Source: an uncultured Alphaproteobacteria bacterium (lineage in GTDB: Bacteria > Pseudomonadota > Alphaproteobacteria > CAAHEQ01 > UBA3637). From it: a stretch of 64,000 bases of DNA. The stretch lies in the NCBI GenBank assembly GCA_944392795.1, contig CALXXX010000006.1:18485-82484 (forward strand). The letters are read 5' to 3'. A model generated the notes under the pieces. It was not told the origin of the DNA. It ran no database searches and saw only the letters and a list, made by a program, of their open reading frames with translations. Of this stretch, positions 46,819 to 57,900 are shown piece by piece. Position 1 is the first letter of the stretch; each line of letters begins with the position of its first letter. The position numbers and the translations under genes were made by a program.

Positions 46819-47475
46819 ATGGAACAAAAAGAAAAGATACAGCCTATTCATCAAACAAAAGAAAATTTTAATCCTAAAACAGTGAATTTTGAAAAAATCG
46901 ATATTCGGAATGTTCCGAGTTTTGATGAAAATAGTAGAACAGCAGAAGTTTTCGATGAAATTACATCAGATGGGAAAGTAACTCGCGAGGAATTTGGGCA
47001 GATGTTAAAAGCCCATTCTCAAATTATTCGAGATTTCCTTGTTGCTCAAGAAACTGTTGCTCGCATGGAAAAAGATCCAAACACCTCTCCGGCCGAACTA
47101 GATGCCGCTCGTTTTATGCTTCAATGGCTTATGATCGAGCGTGATAAATCTTATCAATATACATATCAAGCTTTCTTTTATAATCAGCTTTCTAAAGAAG
47201 AGATAAAAAAACGTGAAATGCGTCGTCAAATAGGGGAGCATATTAAATTAGATGTTAATCCGTATTTGATTTTTGGAATGGATGGTTCGGCTCATAAGAT
47301 TTTTGATTATGCTCGAGAAAAAGAACAAAAAATAATGATGACGCCAGAAGAACTAAAAAAAACGCAACAGAAAATTCAAAAGAAATTAGAAGAATTAGTT
47401 GAAGTAAAAAGTCCAACAGAGCGAGATTTAATGTTGCAACGTTTCCTTCAAGAAGAAAGGCAACGTGTTGGCTAA
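46819..47475 (+). CDS. Hypothetical coiled-coil protein
   Basis: The RBS agaggaggg precedes GTG/ATG at 46816/46819. No known motif. Confidence 0.5.
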   Translation: MEQKEKIQPIHQTKENFNPKTVNFEKIDIRNVPSFDENSRTAEVFDEITSDGKVTREEFGQMLKAHSQIIRDFLVAQETVARMEKDPNTSPAELDAARFMLQWLMIERDKSYQYTYQAFFYNQLSKEEIKKREMRRQIGEHIKLDVNPYLIFGMDGSAHKIFDYAREKEQKIMMTPEELKKTQQKIQKKLEELVEVKSPTERDLMLQRFLQEERQRVG

Positions 47476-47483
47476 AAAAGCTC

Positions 47484-47512
47484 TTGACAACTTGTAAAAA
47501 AAAGGATATATA
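47484..47512 (+). promoter_or_regulatory. Sigma70-like promoter of the rpmH operon
   Basis: TTGACA (47484-89), a 17-nt spacer, then TATATA (47507-12). Confidence 0.55.
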
Positions 47513-47569
47513 AGAAGCCTTCTTGAAAAGAAGAGTAAATTTGTTAATAGAAGAAACGGAGAAAAAGCC

Positions 47570-47704
47570 ATGAAACGTACATATCAACCTTCACAATTGG
47601 TTCGCTCTCGCCGTCATGGTTTCAGAAGCCGTATGGCAACAGTCGGTGGTCGCAAAGTATTAAGTGCGCGTCGTCGTAAAGGCCGTAAGGTTTTAAGTGC
47701 CTAA
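47570..47704 (+). CDS. rpmH: 50S ribosomal protein L34
   Basis: [44 protein letters not shown]. It is below the ORF-track length cutoff and was found by direct translation. Confidence 0.95.
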   Translation: MKRTYQPSQLVRSRRHGFRSRMATVGGRKVLSARRRKGRKVLSA

Positions 47705-47720
47705 GACCTAGGGGTTTCCC

Positions 47721-48074
47721 ATGGGATCTTTGGTGCGCTTGAAAAAACGCAGAGAGTTTATCAAAGTTGCTGAACAAGGGCAGAAATATGTGACTTCCGG
47801 TCTGATTTTACAAGCCCTTTTTCGTTCAGAAGATGCACAATTTCAGAATGTAATACGTGTTGGTTTCACGACAAGCCGAAAAATAGGAAATGCCGTGAAA
47901 CGCAACCGTGTTCGTCGCCGCTTGCGCGAGGCTGCACGTTTGTTGCTGCCGCAGTATGGGATTTTTGGTATGGATTATGTGCTTATCGGTAGAGCGCGAA
48001 CGGTTGATTTGCCATTTACTCAACTGATAGAAAATTTAAAAGAAGCTTTAAATAAAATAAAGGAGGCTTCTTAA
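47721..48074 (+). CDS. rnpA: RNase P protein component
   Basis: It sits directly after rpmH and carries the basic RNR motif KRNRVRRRLRE. Confidence 0.9.
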   Translation: MGSLVRLKKRREFIKVAEQGQKYVTSGLILQALFRSEDAQFQNVIRVGFTTSRKIGNAVKRNRVRRRLREAARLLLPQYGIFGMDYVLIGRARTVDLPFTQLIENLKEALNKIKEAS

Positions 48075-48325
48075 TGAATTTTCTACAAAAAATAGGTTTG
48101 TTTTTAATTGATTGTTATCGTGTCTTAGTTTCACCTTTTAAGGCACCATGTTGTCGATTCCAACCTACTTGTTCTCAATACGCAAAAATAGCGATACAAA
48201 AACATGGATTTTTTAAAGGAAGTCTGCTAGCATTCAAACGACTCTTAAGATGTCATCCCTGGGGAGGTTGTGGTTATGATCCAGTCCCTGATAATTTAAA
48301 GGAAAAATATACGAATGAAAAATGA
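48074..48325 (+). CDS. yidD: Membrane protein insertion efficiency factor YidD
   Basis: YQVLVSP...CRFQPTCSQYA. Confidence 0.9.
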   Translation: MNFLQKIGLFLIDCYRVLVSPFKAPCCRFQPTCSQYAKIAIQKHGFFKGSLLAFKRLLRCHPWGGCGYDPVPDNLKEKYTNEK

Positions 48326-49997
48326 AAATAAAGGTATTTTAACAGCAGTTTTATTGTCTTTGGTTGTTATTTTTGGAATGGAGTTATTGTTTCCAACGCA
48401 AAAAACAGTTCAAACCCCAGCTTCTACAAAGGTCGTAGCTCAAAATCAGCCTGTTGCAATAGATGAGACTATATCTGTCCCGGAAGTTATTCTCCCTTTA
48501 AAAAATGATACAAGTCCAACCGTCTTGATTCAAAGTGAAACTTTGTCTGGCTCTCTTCGTTTAAAAGGAGCTCGTTTTGATAATCTTGTTTTCTTGAAAT
48601 ATAAAGAAACAACAGCAACAGATAGTCCTGATGTTTCTTTTTTAACGCCAGAATTTTTTGCAGATTTTGCAGTATCATCTCTTGATAAAAATATTGAGGT
48701 GCCGACGGTTGAGACCGTTTGGAGTTCTTCTCATGCTGTTTTGACCCCAGAGCAGCCAGTTATTTTAACTTGGACAAATAAACAAGGCTTTATTTTTGAA
48801 AGAACAATCTCGTTAGATGAGAATTATATGTTCACAATCGTGGATAAAGTGAATAATCCGACAAAAGAAACGATTTCTTTAAGTTTTAATGGAAGTATAA
48901 TACGTGTTAATCCTCCTGAGAAAGGAACAGCAACAGTTCATGAGGGCTTTGTTGGTGTTATGAATGGTACTTTGGAAGAAGAAAAATATCCTATTGTAAA
49001 GGATGAGCAAAAAATGTCATTTACGACAGAGGGAGGATGGATTGGACAAACTGATAAATATTGGTTGGCTGCCTTGGCTTTTAATCAAAAAATAGCAAAT
49101 GTTAAAGCAGATTACTACTATCAAGAGCTTTATGGAAAAAATGTTTTTCTGACACGTTTTGTTATGCCGACAGTTTCTTTGAAATCGGGGGAAACAGTTG
49201 AAAATAAATCGTTTTTCTTCGCAGGGCCTAAAGAATTAAAAGTTATTACGAATTATATGGATAATTTGGGAATCGAAAAATTTGATTTAGCTATTGATTT
49301 TGGTTGGTATTATTTTTTAACAAAACCTTTTCTTTATATTTTAGGTTGGTTAAATCAATTAGTCGGGAATATGGGAATTGCGATCTTAATTTTTGCAACT
49401 TTACTGAGAATCTTACTTTTGCCGATTGCCGGAAAATCTTTTGAAAGTATGGCTAAGATGCGTAAATTACAACCTAAAATTCAAGAAATACAAGAACGCT
49501 TTAAACATGATAAATTGCGTCAAAATCAGGAAACAATGGCTCTTTATAAAAAAGCTCAAGTTAATCCTGCTTCCGGTTGCTTACCTTTATTTATTCAAAT
49601 CCCTGTATTCTTCTCATTATATAAAGTTTTATCTGTTTCAATAGAAATGCGTCAAGCTCCTTTCTTTGGATGGATACACGATTTATCAGCTCCAGATCCA
49701 ACCTCTGTTTTTACATTATTCGGATATCTTCCCTGGCCTATTCCTGGAATTTTAAATATCGGTGTTTGGCCCGTTTTAATGGGGATAACTATGTATTTAC
49801 AGCAAAAAATGTCATCGCCGACAACAGGTAATACTCAAGAAAATCCGACAATGTCTGCGATGAAATGGATACCGCTGATTTTTATGTTTATGATGGGACA
49901 CTTTGCTTCCGGTTTGGTTATCTACTGGACATGGAGTAATATCCTATCTATTGCTCAACAGCGTTATGTTATGCATAAATACGGTGTGGATAAATGA
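48315..49997 (+). CDS. yidC: Membrane protein insertase YidC
   Basis: N-terminal TM, a large periplasmic domain, and the conserved C-terminal 5-TM core (MAKMRKLQPKIQEIQERFK...). Confidence 0.92.
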   Translation: MKNENKGILTAVLLSLVVIFGMELLFPTQKTVQTPASTKVVAQNQPVAIDETISVPEVILPLKNDTSPTVLIQSETLSGSLRLKGARFDNLVFLKYKETTATDSPDVSFLTPEFFADFAVSSLDKNIEVPTVETVWSSSHAVLTPEQPVILTWTNKQGFIFERTISLDENYMFTIVDKVNNPTKETISLSFNGSIIRVNPPEKGTATVHEGFVGVMNGTLEEEKYPIVKDEQKMSFTTEGGWIGQTDKYWLAALAFNQKIANVKADYYYQELYGKNVFLTRFVMPTVSLKSGETVENKSFFFAGPKELKVITNYMDNLGIEKFDLAIDFGWYYFLTKPFLYILGWLNQLVGNMGIAILIFATLLRILLLPIAGKSFESMAKMRKLQPKIQEIQERFKHDKLRQNQETMALYKKAQVNPASGCLPLFIQIPVFFSLYKVLSVSIEMRQAPFFGWIHDLSAPDPTSVFTLFGYLPWPIPGILNIGVWPVLMGITMYLQQKMSSPTTGNTQENPTMSAMKWIPLIFMFMMGHFASGLVIYWTWSNILSIAQQRYVMHKYGVDK

Positions 49998-50626
49998 GTG
50001 AAAAAGAAGAACTCATAAAAGCCGGAGATCTTTTGTTTAATAAGCCTTGTGTGTTTATGTTAGGCGTGGCTCAGCCGGAACAAGTTCCGCCTGCAGACCG
50101 TCTTGAAATAGCATTTGCAGGTCGTTCTAATGTCGGTAAATCAAGTTTAATTAATGCTCTTGTTCGACGTAAGGATTTGGCTCGCGCTTCTGCGACGCCT
50201 GGTCGGACGCAACAGCTTAATTATTTTAATTTAGCTGATTTAATTTACTTAGTGGATTTGCCTGGCTATGGATTTGCTTATGCTCCGGAGAAAAATGTCA
50301 AGTTATGGAATAGTTTGGTTTTCTCTTATTTAAAAGGTCGTCCCTCTTTGCGACGTGTTTTCCTATTGATTGATTGTCGTCAGGGGATAACAAAAAAAGA
50401 TCTAGAAGTAATGAAAATGCTGGATAAAGCAGCCGTTTCTTATCAAGTAGTTTTAACAAAAGTAGATAAATTGAAGCCGACAGCTTTGGAAAAAGTAAAA
50501 ACAATAATGGAAGAGCAAATAAAAGAGCATACGGCTTGTTATCCGGAAATGCTTGTGACGAGTTCTGAGAAAAATCTAGGGATAGATACTGTTCGTGCAG
50601 CAGTCGCTGAGCTGTTGACGCACTAG
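49994..50626 (+). CDS. engB: Ribosome biogenesis GTPase YihA/EngB
   Basis: G1 GRSNVGKSSLINAL, G3 DLPGYG, G4 TKVDK. Confidence 0.9.
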   Translation: MSEKEELIKAGDLLFNKPCVFMLGVAQPEQVPPADRLEIAFAGRSNVGKSSLINALVRRKDLARASATPGRTQQLNYFNLADLIYLVDLPGYGFAYAPEKNVKLWNSLVFSYLKGRPSLRRVFLLIDCRQGITKKDLEVMKMLDKAAVSYQVVLTKVDKLKPTALEKVKTIMEEQIKEHTACYPEMLVTSSEKNLGIDTVRAAVAELLTH

Positions 50627-50653
50627 CTTTATTTTAAGAGAAAATAAATTTTT

Positions 50654-50682
50654 ATAGCCTGCTTGACGCAGGCTATTTCTTT
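50654..50682. terminator. Bidirectional terminator between engB and secB
   Basis: ATAGCCTGC-ttgac-GCAGGCTAT flanked by A- and T-runs. Confidence 0.7.
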
Positions 50683-50696
50683 GAGAGGAAAATAAG

Positions 50697-51170
50697 TTAA
50701 TTTTTAGCAGTTTCTTTTGCTTTTTTAGTTTCTGCTTCTAAACGACTGCGATATAAAGCAGCAAAATCAATCGGTTGTAAAGCTAATGGAGCCAGACCTG
50801 CTTCTCGTGTTGTATTCGCAATAATGGCTCTTACATAAGGGAAAAGAAGATGAGGAATTTCAATCAGAAGAACTGGTTGAATATGCTCTTCTGGAAGATT
50901 TAGCATTACTAATCCACCATAAGTTAGTTCGCAGATAAAGGCTGTTTTTTCTTTTGCTTTTGCGTTTATTTTAACAACCAAATCAACGGTAAAGATATTT
51001 TTTTCTTTATCTACTTTTTTAGCATTAACATCAATAGAAATATCAATTTTAGGTGCGTCTGTCATTTCAGCAACTAGGAAAGGCATTTGAGGGGCTTCAA
51101 AAGAAAAATCTTTGATGTATTGGCTCAAGATTTGAAGATTAGGTTGTTGTATCTGTTGATTATCAGTCAT
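50697..51170 (-). CDS. secB: Protein-export chaperone SecB
   Basis: The start MTDNQQIQQ is preceded by the RBS gaggaaaaaa. SecB fold motifs are present. Confidence 0.85.
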   Translation of the reverse strand: MTDNQQIQQPNLQILSQYIKDFSFEAPQMPFLVAEMTDAPKIDISIDVNAKKVDKEKNIFTVDLVVKINAKAKEKTAFICELTYGGLVMLNLPEEHIQPVLLIEIPHLLFPYVRAIIANTTREAGLAPLALQPIDFAALYRSRLEAETKKAKETAKN

Positions 51171-51315
51171 TTTTTTCCTCTTAATGTTTTTATTGATGTT
51201 TTTCAAATGAAAACTATATATGAATATAATCTAAAAAAAAGATTTGTCAGTAAAAAAATATATACTTTTTGAAAAAGAACTGATATTCTATGCACGAAAG
51301 AAGAAAGAGGAAAAA

Positions 51316-51918
51316 ATGCAAGCTGAATGGATTATTTTAACCGTCATAGTTGTTTTACTTGTTTCAAAGCTCATATCTGTATTGGGAAAAGAGCCTGTTC
51401 AAGGTGAAAAAGTGCGTTTAGTTTCTAAGAATTCTGGTCAGATATTAGAAATGCGCTTGATTAAAGGCAAGGAGTTAGAAAAAAAAGAAAAAACGCCGCT
51501 CTCTTTTAATGAGGAAGATTTTTTAATGGGAGCCAAAATGGCATTTCATGCAGTTGTTGATGCTTTTGCCTGTGGGAATAAAGAGGCTTTAAAACCTTTG
51601 TTATCAAAAAAAGTTTATGATGCTTTTGTGTCTGATATTGAAGAGCGTCAGAAGAAAGAGGAAAAAATGGAATTTTCTCTTATAGCTATAGATTCATCTA
51701 AAGTTCTTCAAAAATCTTCAGAGCAACAACCAACAACTGTGACCGTTGAGTTTATATCTGAGCAAATGAATGTTTTAAAAAATAAAGAAGGTGTCGTATT
51801 AGAAGGAGATCCGATTTTAATTACAAAAGTTTTAGATATTTGGACTTTTGAAAAAGAACCAAAGGGACGTTCTAATTGGGTCGTTACAGCCACTAAAAGC
51901 GAGGCATTTCATGCTTAG
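51316..51918 (+). CDS. Tim44-like domain protein
   Basis: N-terminal TM (WIILTVIVVLLV) plus a Tim44-like C-terminal domain. It is a conserved neighbour of secB in alphaproteobacteria. Confidence 0.7.
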   Translation: MQAEWIILTVIVVLLVSKLISVLGKEPVQGEKVRLVSKNSGQILEMRLIKGKELEKKEKTPLSFNEEDFLMGAKMAFHAVVDAFACGNKEALKPLLSKKVYDAFVSDIEERQKKEEKMEFSLIAIDSSKVLQKSSEQQPTTVTVEFISEQMNVLKNKEGVVLEGDPILITKVLDIWTFEKEPKGRSNWVVTATKSEAFHA

Positions 51919-53017
51919 AGTAAGATTTTGGTTAACGGCTATTTTACTTGTATTAACGGCTTGTGCCAGAGAGCCGGAAAAGTCTTTTGAATTAAAACGA
52001 GTTTCTTTTAAAGAGTTACCCGGATGGCGTGAAGATGCTCTGAATGAGGCAATGCCGGCTTTGTTAAAAACGTGTTCTTCTCCCATTGAAGGATGGGAAA
52101 ACTTTTGTACAGGTCTTATGCGTGTTCAAGATAGGTCAGAACGTCAGATCCGAAGTTATTTAGAAGCAATGCTTGTTCCTTATGAAGTTCGTTCTTATGG
52201 GCAAACAGAAGGGACGTTTACAGGATATTATGAAGCTTCTTTGCATGGTTCTTTTAATAAGTGTGAAAAGAATAAAGTACCATTATATGGTTTGCCGGAA
52301 GATTTAATTCGGTTGGATACACGAACAGTTTGTGAGCCCGGAGGCGATAAAGGAACTGTTATGGGAAGAATACAAAACGGCAAATTTCAACCTTACTTTA
52401 CACGAGCGGAAATAGAACAACAGTCAGTTAATGCTCCTGTTCTTTTATGGGTTGACGATGAGGTGGATGCCTTTATTTTGCATATTCAAGGTTCCGGTCG
52501 TGTTGAAACAGAAAAAGGGGTCGTTCATGTTGGCTATGCAGGCAACAATGGGCATCCATTTCAAGGAATTGGCGGAATTATGGCAAAAGAAGGTCTTTTA
52601 GAGCCCGGAAAAGCCTCTATGCCTCATATTCGAGCGTGGTTACAGAAAAATCCCGAGAAAGCTCGTGAGTTGATGGCTAAGAATCCGCGTTTTATTTTCT
52701 TTCGTATTTTACCTGAAGCCGATGGACCAATGGGAGCCGCCGGTGTTACTTTAACGCCGGAAAGAAGTTTAGCCGTTGATCCGCGTTTTATTCCTTTAGG
52801 TAGTCCACTTTATTTAGTGACAACCGATCCCGATGGCGAACCTGTGGAGAAATTGGTTGTTGCACAAGATATCGGTTCCGCAATTAAAGGAGCTGTTCGT
52901 GGAGACTACTTTTGGGGATATGGTGAAAAAGCTTTTCAAAAAGCTGGTCGGATGAAAAGTGCCGGACGATATTATTTGCTTTGGCCAAAGGGACAGGAAC
53001 CTCCGGTTTCTTTCTAA
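51911..53017 (+). CDS. mltA: Membrane-bound lytic murein transglycosylase A
   Basis: Lipoprotein signal MLRVRFWLTAILLVLTAC. MltA-specific and 3D-domain motifs are present (DTGSAIKG...). Confidence 0.85.
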   Translation: MLRVRFWLTAILLVLTACAREPEKSFELKRVSFKELPGWREDALNEAMPALLKTCSSPIEGWENFCTGLMRVQDRSERQIRSYLEAMLVPYEVRSYGQTEGTFTGYYEASLHGSFNKCEKNKVPLYGLPEDLIRLDTRTVCEPGGDKGTVMGRIQNGKFQPYFTRAEIEQQSVNAPVLLWVDDEVDAFILHIQGSGRVETEKGVVHVGYAGNNGHPFQGIGGIMAKEGLLEPGKASMPHIRAWLQKNPEKARELMAKNPRFIFFRILPEADGPMGAAGVTLTPERSLAVDPRFIPLGSPLYLVTTDPDGEPVEKLVVAQDIGSAIKGAVRGDYFWGYGEKAFQKAGRMKSAGRYYLLWPKGQEPPVSF

Positions 53018-53026
53018 GGAAAAGAT

Positions 53027-53413
53027 ATGAAAAGTGATGATGAAGCTATATGGAGAGCTTATATAAAAACAGTTTCTCCGTTGAAAAAAAAGAGTCTGCC
53101 TAAAGTACGTTCTGTTAGACGTTTTTTCTTATTTACTCCTTTTCTTCCGCCTCGTTTGGATTTACATGGCTTGACACTACAGCAAGCGTATGAAGCTTTT
53201 ATTGATTTTTTTGATTTGCATGTGAAAGAGAAAACGCGAAAAATTGTTGTTGTAACCGGAAAAGGGCCTAATGGAAAAGGCTCTTTAAAAAAAGAGTTTC
53301 CTTTATGGCTTGAAAAAAAAGAAATAAGAGATAAAATAAGCCACACAGAAATTCCTCCAGAACATAAAGGAGGAGCCGGTGCTGTTATTATTTATTTAAA
53401 ACGGAATACTTAA
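53027..53413 (+). CDS. Smr-domain protein
   Basis: LDLHGLTLQQA...VVTGKG. Confidence 0.8.
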   Translation: MKSDDEAIWRAYIKTVSPLKKKSLPKVRSVRRFFLFTPFLPPRLDLHGLTLQQAYEAFIDFFDLHVKEKTRKIVVVTGKGPNGKGSLKKEFPLWLEKKEIRDKISHTEIPPEHKGGAGAVIIYLKRNT

Positions 53414-54439
53414 ATGTTGGTAATGGGAATCGAATCCAGTTGTGATGAAACAGCTTGCGCTATTGTTTCGGAGAAAAAAGAAATTCTATCATCAGTTGTT
53501 TGGTCTCAGTATGAAGAGCATCGCCGCTTTGGTGGAGTCGTTCCGGAAATTGCGGCTCGAGCTCATTTGGAGCAGGTTGATGTGATTGTTAAAGAAGCGA
53601 TAGAAGAAGCTCATATTGATTTTTCTGATTTATCCGGTGTGGCAGTTGCCGGAGGACCTGGATTAATCGGAGGCGTTATTGTGGGGGTTATGACCGCAAA
53701 AGCCATCGCTATGTCCCATAATTTGCCGTTTATAGCAGTTAATCATTTAGAAGGACATGCCTTGATGGCTCGATTAACAAATGAGATAGAATTTCCATAT
53801 TTGCTTTTATTGACTTCTGGGGGACATTGCCAAATTTTAGTTGTTAATGGTCCAGGTAAGTATGAGCGGTTAGGAGGAACAATAGACGATTCTGCAGGAG
53901 AAGCTTTCGATAAAGTGGCTAAGATGTTAGATGTCGGCTATCCCGGTGGACCAAATGTTCAACGCGCAGCTTTATTGGGAAATGCAAAAAGATTTAATTT
54001 ACCTCATCCAATGAAGGGACGTCCAGGATGTGATTTTTCTTTTTCAGGCTTGAAAACAGCTGTTCGACATCAAATAGAATTGTTAGGAACATTAACAGAG
54101 CAAGATAAAGCCGATATGTGTGCTTCTTTTCAAGCAACCGTCGTTGATACAATTATAGATCGTTTAAAGCATGGTATTCAGATATTTCAGGAGAAGTATC
54201 CTCAAGGTAAACAGTTGGTCGTTTCAGGAGGAGTCGCTGCTAATACCATTTTACGAAACGCTTTGGAAAACTTAGCACAAAAAAAACACTTACAATTTGC
54301 AGCTCCTCCAATAAAATTGTGTACAGATAATGGTGTTATGATTGCATGGGCTGGAATTGAACGATTACGTTTGGGGTTAACAAACACTTTGGATTTTCGA
54401 GCACGTCCCAGATGGCCACTTGACAAGCCTTTAGAATAA
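53414..54439 (+). CDS. tsaD: tRNA N6-adenosine threonylcarbamoyltransferase TsaD
   Basis: GIESSCDETACAIV and HLEGH. Confidence 0.92.
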   Translation: MLVMGIESSCDETACAIVSEKKEILSSVVWSQYEEHRRFGGVVPEIAARAHLEQVDVIVKEAIEEAHIDFSDLSGVAVAGGPGLIGGVIVGVMTAKAIAMSHNLPFIAVNHLEGHALMARLTNEIEFPYLLLLTSGGHCQILVVNGPGKYERLGGTIDDSAGEAFDKVAKMLDVGYPGGPNVQRAALLGNAKRFNLPHPMKGRPGCDFSFSGLKTAVRHQIELLGTLTEQDKADMCASFQATVVDTIIDRLKHGIQIFQEKYPQGKQLVVSGGVAANTILRNALENLAQKKHLQFAAPPIKLCTDNGVMIAWAGIERLRLGLTNTLDFRARPRWPLDKPLE

Positions 54440-54480
54440 CTCTATCTTGATTAAGATGTCTTTAAGTAAGGAGAAAACCA

Positions 54481-54795
54481 ATGAATATAATTGATGATTC
54501 CAGTTTCGAAACGGAAGTTATGAAAGCCTCAAAGCCTGTTTTAGTCGACTTTTTCGCGGAATGGTGTGGCCCCTGTCGTCAAATGTTGCCAATTGTCACA
54601 GAAGTTGCTGAAGAAATGGCTGATAAAATTAAAATTGTTAAAATGAATATTGATGATGCTCCGAAAACACCTACTCAATTTGGAATACAAACAATTCCGA
54701 CTTTTATGCTGTTTAAAAATGGAAAGGCAGTTGATAAAAAAATTGGCAGCATGCCTAAATCACAGTTAGTCGAATGGATTAACTCTCATATTTAA
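54481..54795 (+). CDS. trxA: Thioredoxin
   Basis: WCGPC active site; 104 aa. Confidence 0.92.
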   Translation: MNIIDDSSFETEVMKASKPVLVDFFAEWCGPCRQMLPIVTEVAEEMADKIKIVKMNIDDAPKTPTQFGIQTIPTFMLFKNGKAVDKKIGSMPKSQLVEWINSHI

Positions 54796-54817
54796 TTTTT
54801 TCTCGTCGCATTATAAA

Positions 54818-54852
54818 AATGAAGAACTATTTTAAAAGTTCTTCATTTTTTG
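54818..54852 (+). terminator. Rho-independent terminator after trxA
   Basis: AATGAAGAAC-loop-GTTCTTCATT-TTTTG. Confidence 0.75.
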
Positions 54853-54906
54853 TTTACTATTTTATTTTAAACTACACACAGCTTTATGTATGTTTTAGAG
54901 GTAAAA

Positions 54907-57900
54907 ATGAAAAAAATACTCTTCTTCGTGTGTGGTTTAATTTTGTTTTATTCATCAGCATATGCTTTCAACTCGTCTAAGGAACCTATTTTGCAGGTTC
55001 TTTCTTATGTAAAACAAAGAAATTCTGTTGGACTTCATGCTGCCGTTCAAAAAGGTTTGTCCATCGATTCCGTAGATAGTTTAAATAGAACGGCGTTGTG
55101 CTTTTCAGTTATGGCGGGTGATCATGTTGGATATGACATGTTAATTAAAGAAGGTGCTTCAACGAACCATGCCTGTATGCGTCAGATGCCTCAATCACAA
55201 TTAAAAAAGTTTTATACTATTCATCAAAATTGTGGTCCTATGGGATGCTTGCAAAAACAAGTTTTACCTTTTTATAAACAGCCTTATTTTTGGTTAGGAA
55301 CCGGAGCTGCTTTGGCAGGGGGTACTGCTTTGGCTTTTGTTATCGCAGATAGTGGAGATGATGATAAGAATGAAAGTAGTAATGGAGGTTCTGATTTACC
55401 GCCTTCAGTAGAGCCAGGAGAAGAAGAAATAGCTGCGACATTTAGAACACCAGAATTTACTCAAGAAAATTTTCAGAATGGTTCTAACTTCTTAGGGCAA
55501 ATTAAAGCAGAATATGCTTATGCTCGAGGTTATACAGGAACGTATATTGACCCAGATACAGGTCTTTCTACTGGAGAGGCTGTCGTCGTTGGTATTATTG
55601 ATAATGGATTAGATTATACTCATTCAGATTTGACGAATAATGTTTTACGAGATGATCTTAATAATGTTATCGGAGCTAATTTTAACTATGGTCCTTGTCG
55701 CAATGGTGATCGGACTAATTGTTGGGTTTACGAAAATGGGACGGCAACTTTTTATGAAGCTGATGGAACAATAGGAAAAAACTCAACAATCGACCAAGCT
55801 GATTGGGATGAATGGGTTCTATTATTCCCGGATGATTATGATTGGGATGCCGTTCAAGGGGATCCTATGCCTCCGACAGAAGCGAATAGTCATGGAACAC
55901 ATGTCGCAGGAATTATAGCTGGTTCTAAAAATGGAAATGGAATGCATGGCGTTGCTTATGATGCAAAAGTTGTTTCTATTCAAATGCCTTTTGACATGGC
56001 TAGAGCTTATGATGATGATTTAGTGAATGCTTTTAAAACAGTGATAGATAATGGTGCTGTAGCGATTAATAACAGTTGGGGAACTACTCTTTATTTGAGC
56101 AATGAAGTTTTGCTTAATCAGTTGTTTTTTGATGCAGTCTATGAAAATAGTTTGAAAAAAGGTTTGGAGTATGCTATCGCGGATACGAATGATCAAGGAG
56201 AACAAAAAAGAAAAACAATTACTGTTTTTGCGGCCGGAAATGATGGTAATGATTATACACCTTCTATCGAGGCGGCTGCACCGCAAGTTATTCCGCAGTT
56301 ATTGTATTATCGAGACGCAGAGAATAATTTACAGCCTTTTACAGAGTTTCCTACAGATACAAGTACGATTGCTTCCAGTTTGTTCTTGAGTGTCGTATCT
56401 GTCAATTCAGAGAATAAATTAACTTATTACAGTCAAAAATGTGGTCCAGCAGCAATGTGGTGTTTAGCAGCGCCTGGTGGAGAATTGTTTTTAGATAATA
56501 ATGACAATATTGTGGGAGAGGGAATTGTCTCAACCGTTCCGGGAAATACATACGAAACTATGCAAGGAACCTCGATGGCTGCCCCCGTTGTAACGGGTAG
56601 TATCGCTGTCATGACAGGGGCTTTTCCGTATTTATCTCCTGAAGAAATTGTTGCGATTTTATTCGAAACGGCAACGGATTTAGGAGATGCTGGTGTTGAT
56701 GAAGTTTACGGACATGGTTTGTTGAACCTGGAAGCGGCAACACGTCCTGTGGGGAATTTGACTTTAGCGGCTGGTAATTCTGCTAAAACAGAGCAAGTTG
56801 CTTTAGCTGGAAGTCGAGTAACACTCCCTCATATTTTTAACTCAGCTTTAGCAGAGCATTTGCCTCAGCAAATTGTTATGTTAGATAAATATGCGCGTGC
56901 TTTCCCAATTCCAACATCTAATTTAATTGCTTCTACACATCGCTCTAAACAAGCTTTCGCAGACAATTTAAAAATGTTTACTTTGGGAAATCCTGTTCAA
57001 AAGATGAATGTGTCTGAGAATTTCTCTATGGCTTTTTCAGAAAGTCGTCATTTGGATTCTGATTTAAATGTTGGTTCTTTTGATATGACTTTCCATTTGG
57101 GAGAAAATGCCTCTTTTAACTTATTCTATACAGAAGATACGATGCAAACAAGAGGAGATTATTTTACAAAAAATTTAAAGAATCCTTTTATTGCGATGGA
57201 TAATGCTTATGGACTTGAAAATTCATTTAAATTGAATGATAAACTTAATTTTAAGATGTCTATGGCAATAGGAGACAATGGTTTCTTTGACGGTAATGAT
57301 TTCTTGGACTTCGAACAAGATGATGCAATGCAAACTTCTTCAGCCGAGGTAACATATCAACCGTTTAAATATCTTTCCGTTGGCTTTTTGGGAGGACTTT
57401 TGCGTGAAGAAGATTCTTTCTTAGGCTTATCTGGTCAAGGAGCCTTTAATACATCATCAACTTCTACTTACTTTATGGGAACTAAAATAGGTCTTTATCC
57501 AACAGAAAAGTTATCACTAGAGGCAAGTTATTACTATGGTTTAAGTAATACAGCTGGTCAAATGAATGCTTTTATGCATATGACAGATTTAACAAGCGAT
57601 AGTTTTGCGGTTAATGCGAAATATCAATTAGAAAAAGAGGCTTTTGTCGGATTACAAATGTCTTCGCCTTTAAGAGTGCGTTCAGGTCGAGCTAACTTTG
57701 ATCTGCCAATTGGACGAGATTCTGTGACGGATGAAATTTATAGAGAAAACTTTGATGTTTCAATGAAACCTAAAGCACGCGAATTGAATTTCGGACTTTA
57801 TTATGCTCAATCCGTTGATGATTTAACTTTCCAAGCAGAAATTGGGACTCGGCTTCATCCTGATCATATAGAAGATGCTCGTCCAGATCATCGTTTGATG

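Noticed and set aside
54886-54906. The upstream start MYVLEVK for the autotransporter.
   Set aside because: The signal peptide begins at MKKILFF, which has an RBS (agaggtaaaaATG). The extension lacks an RBS.
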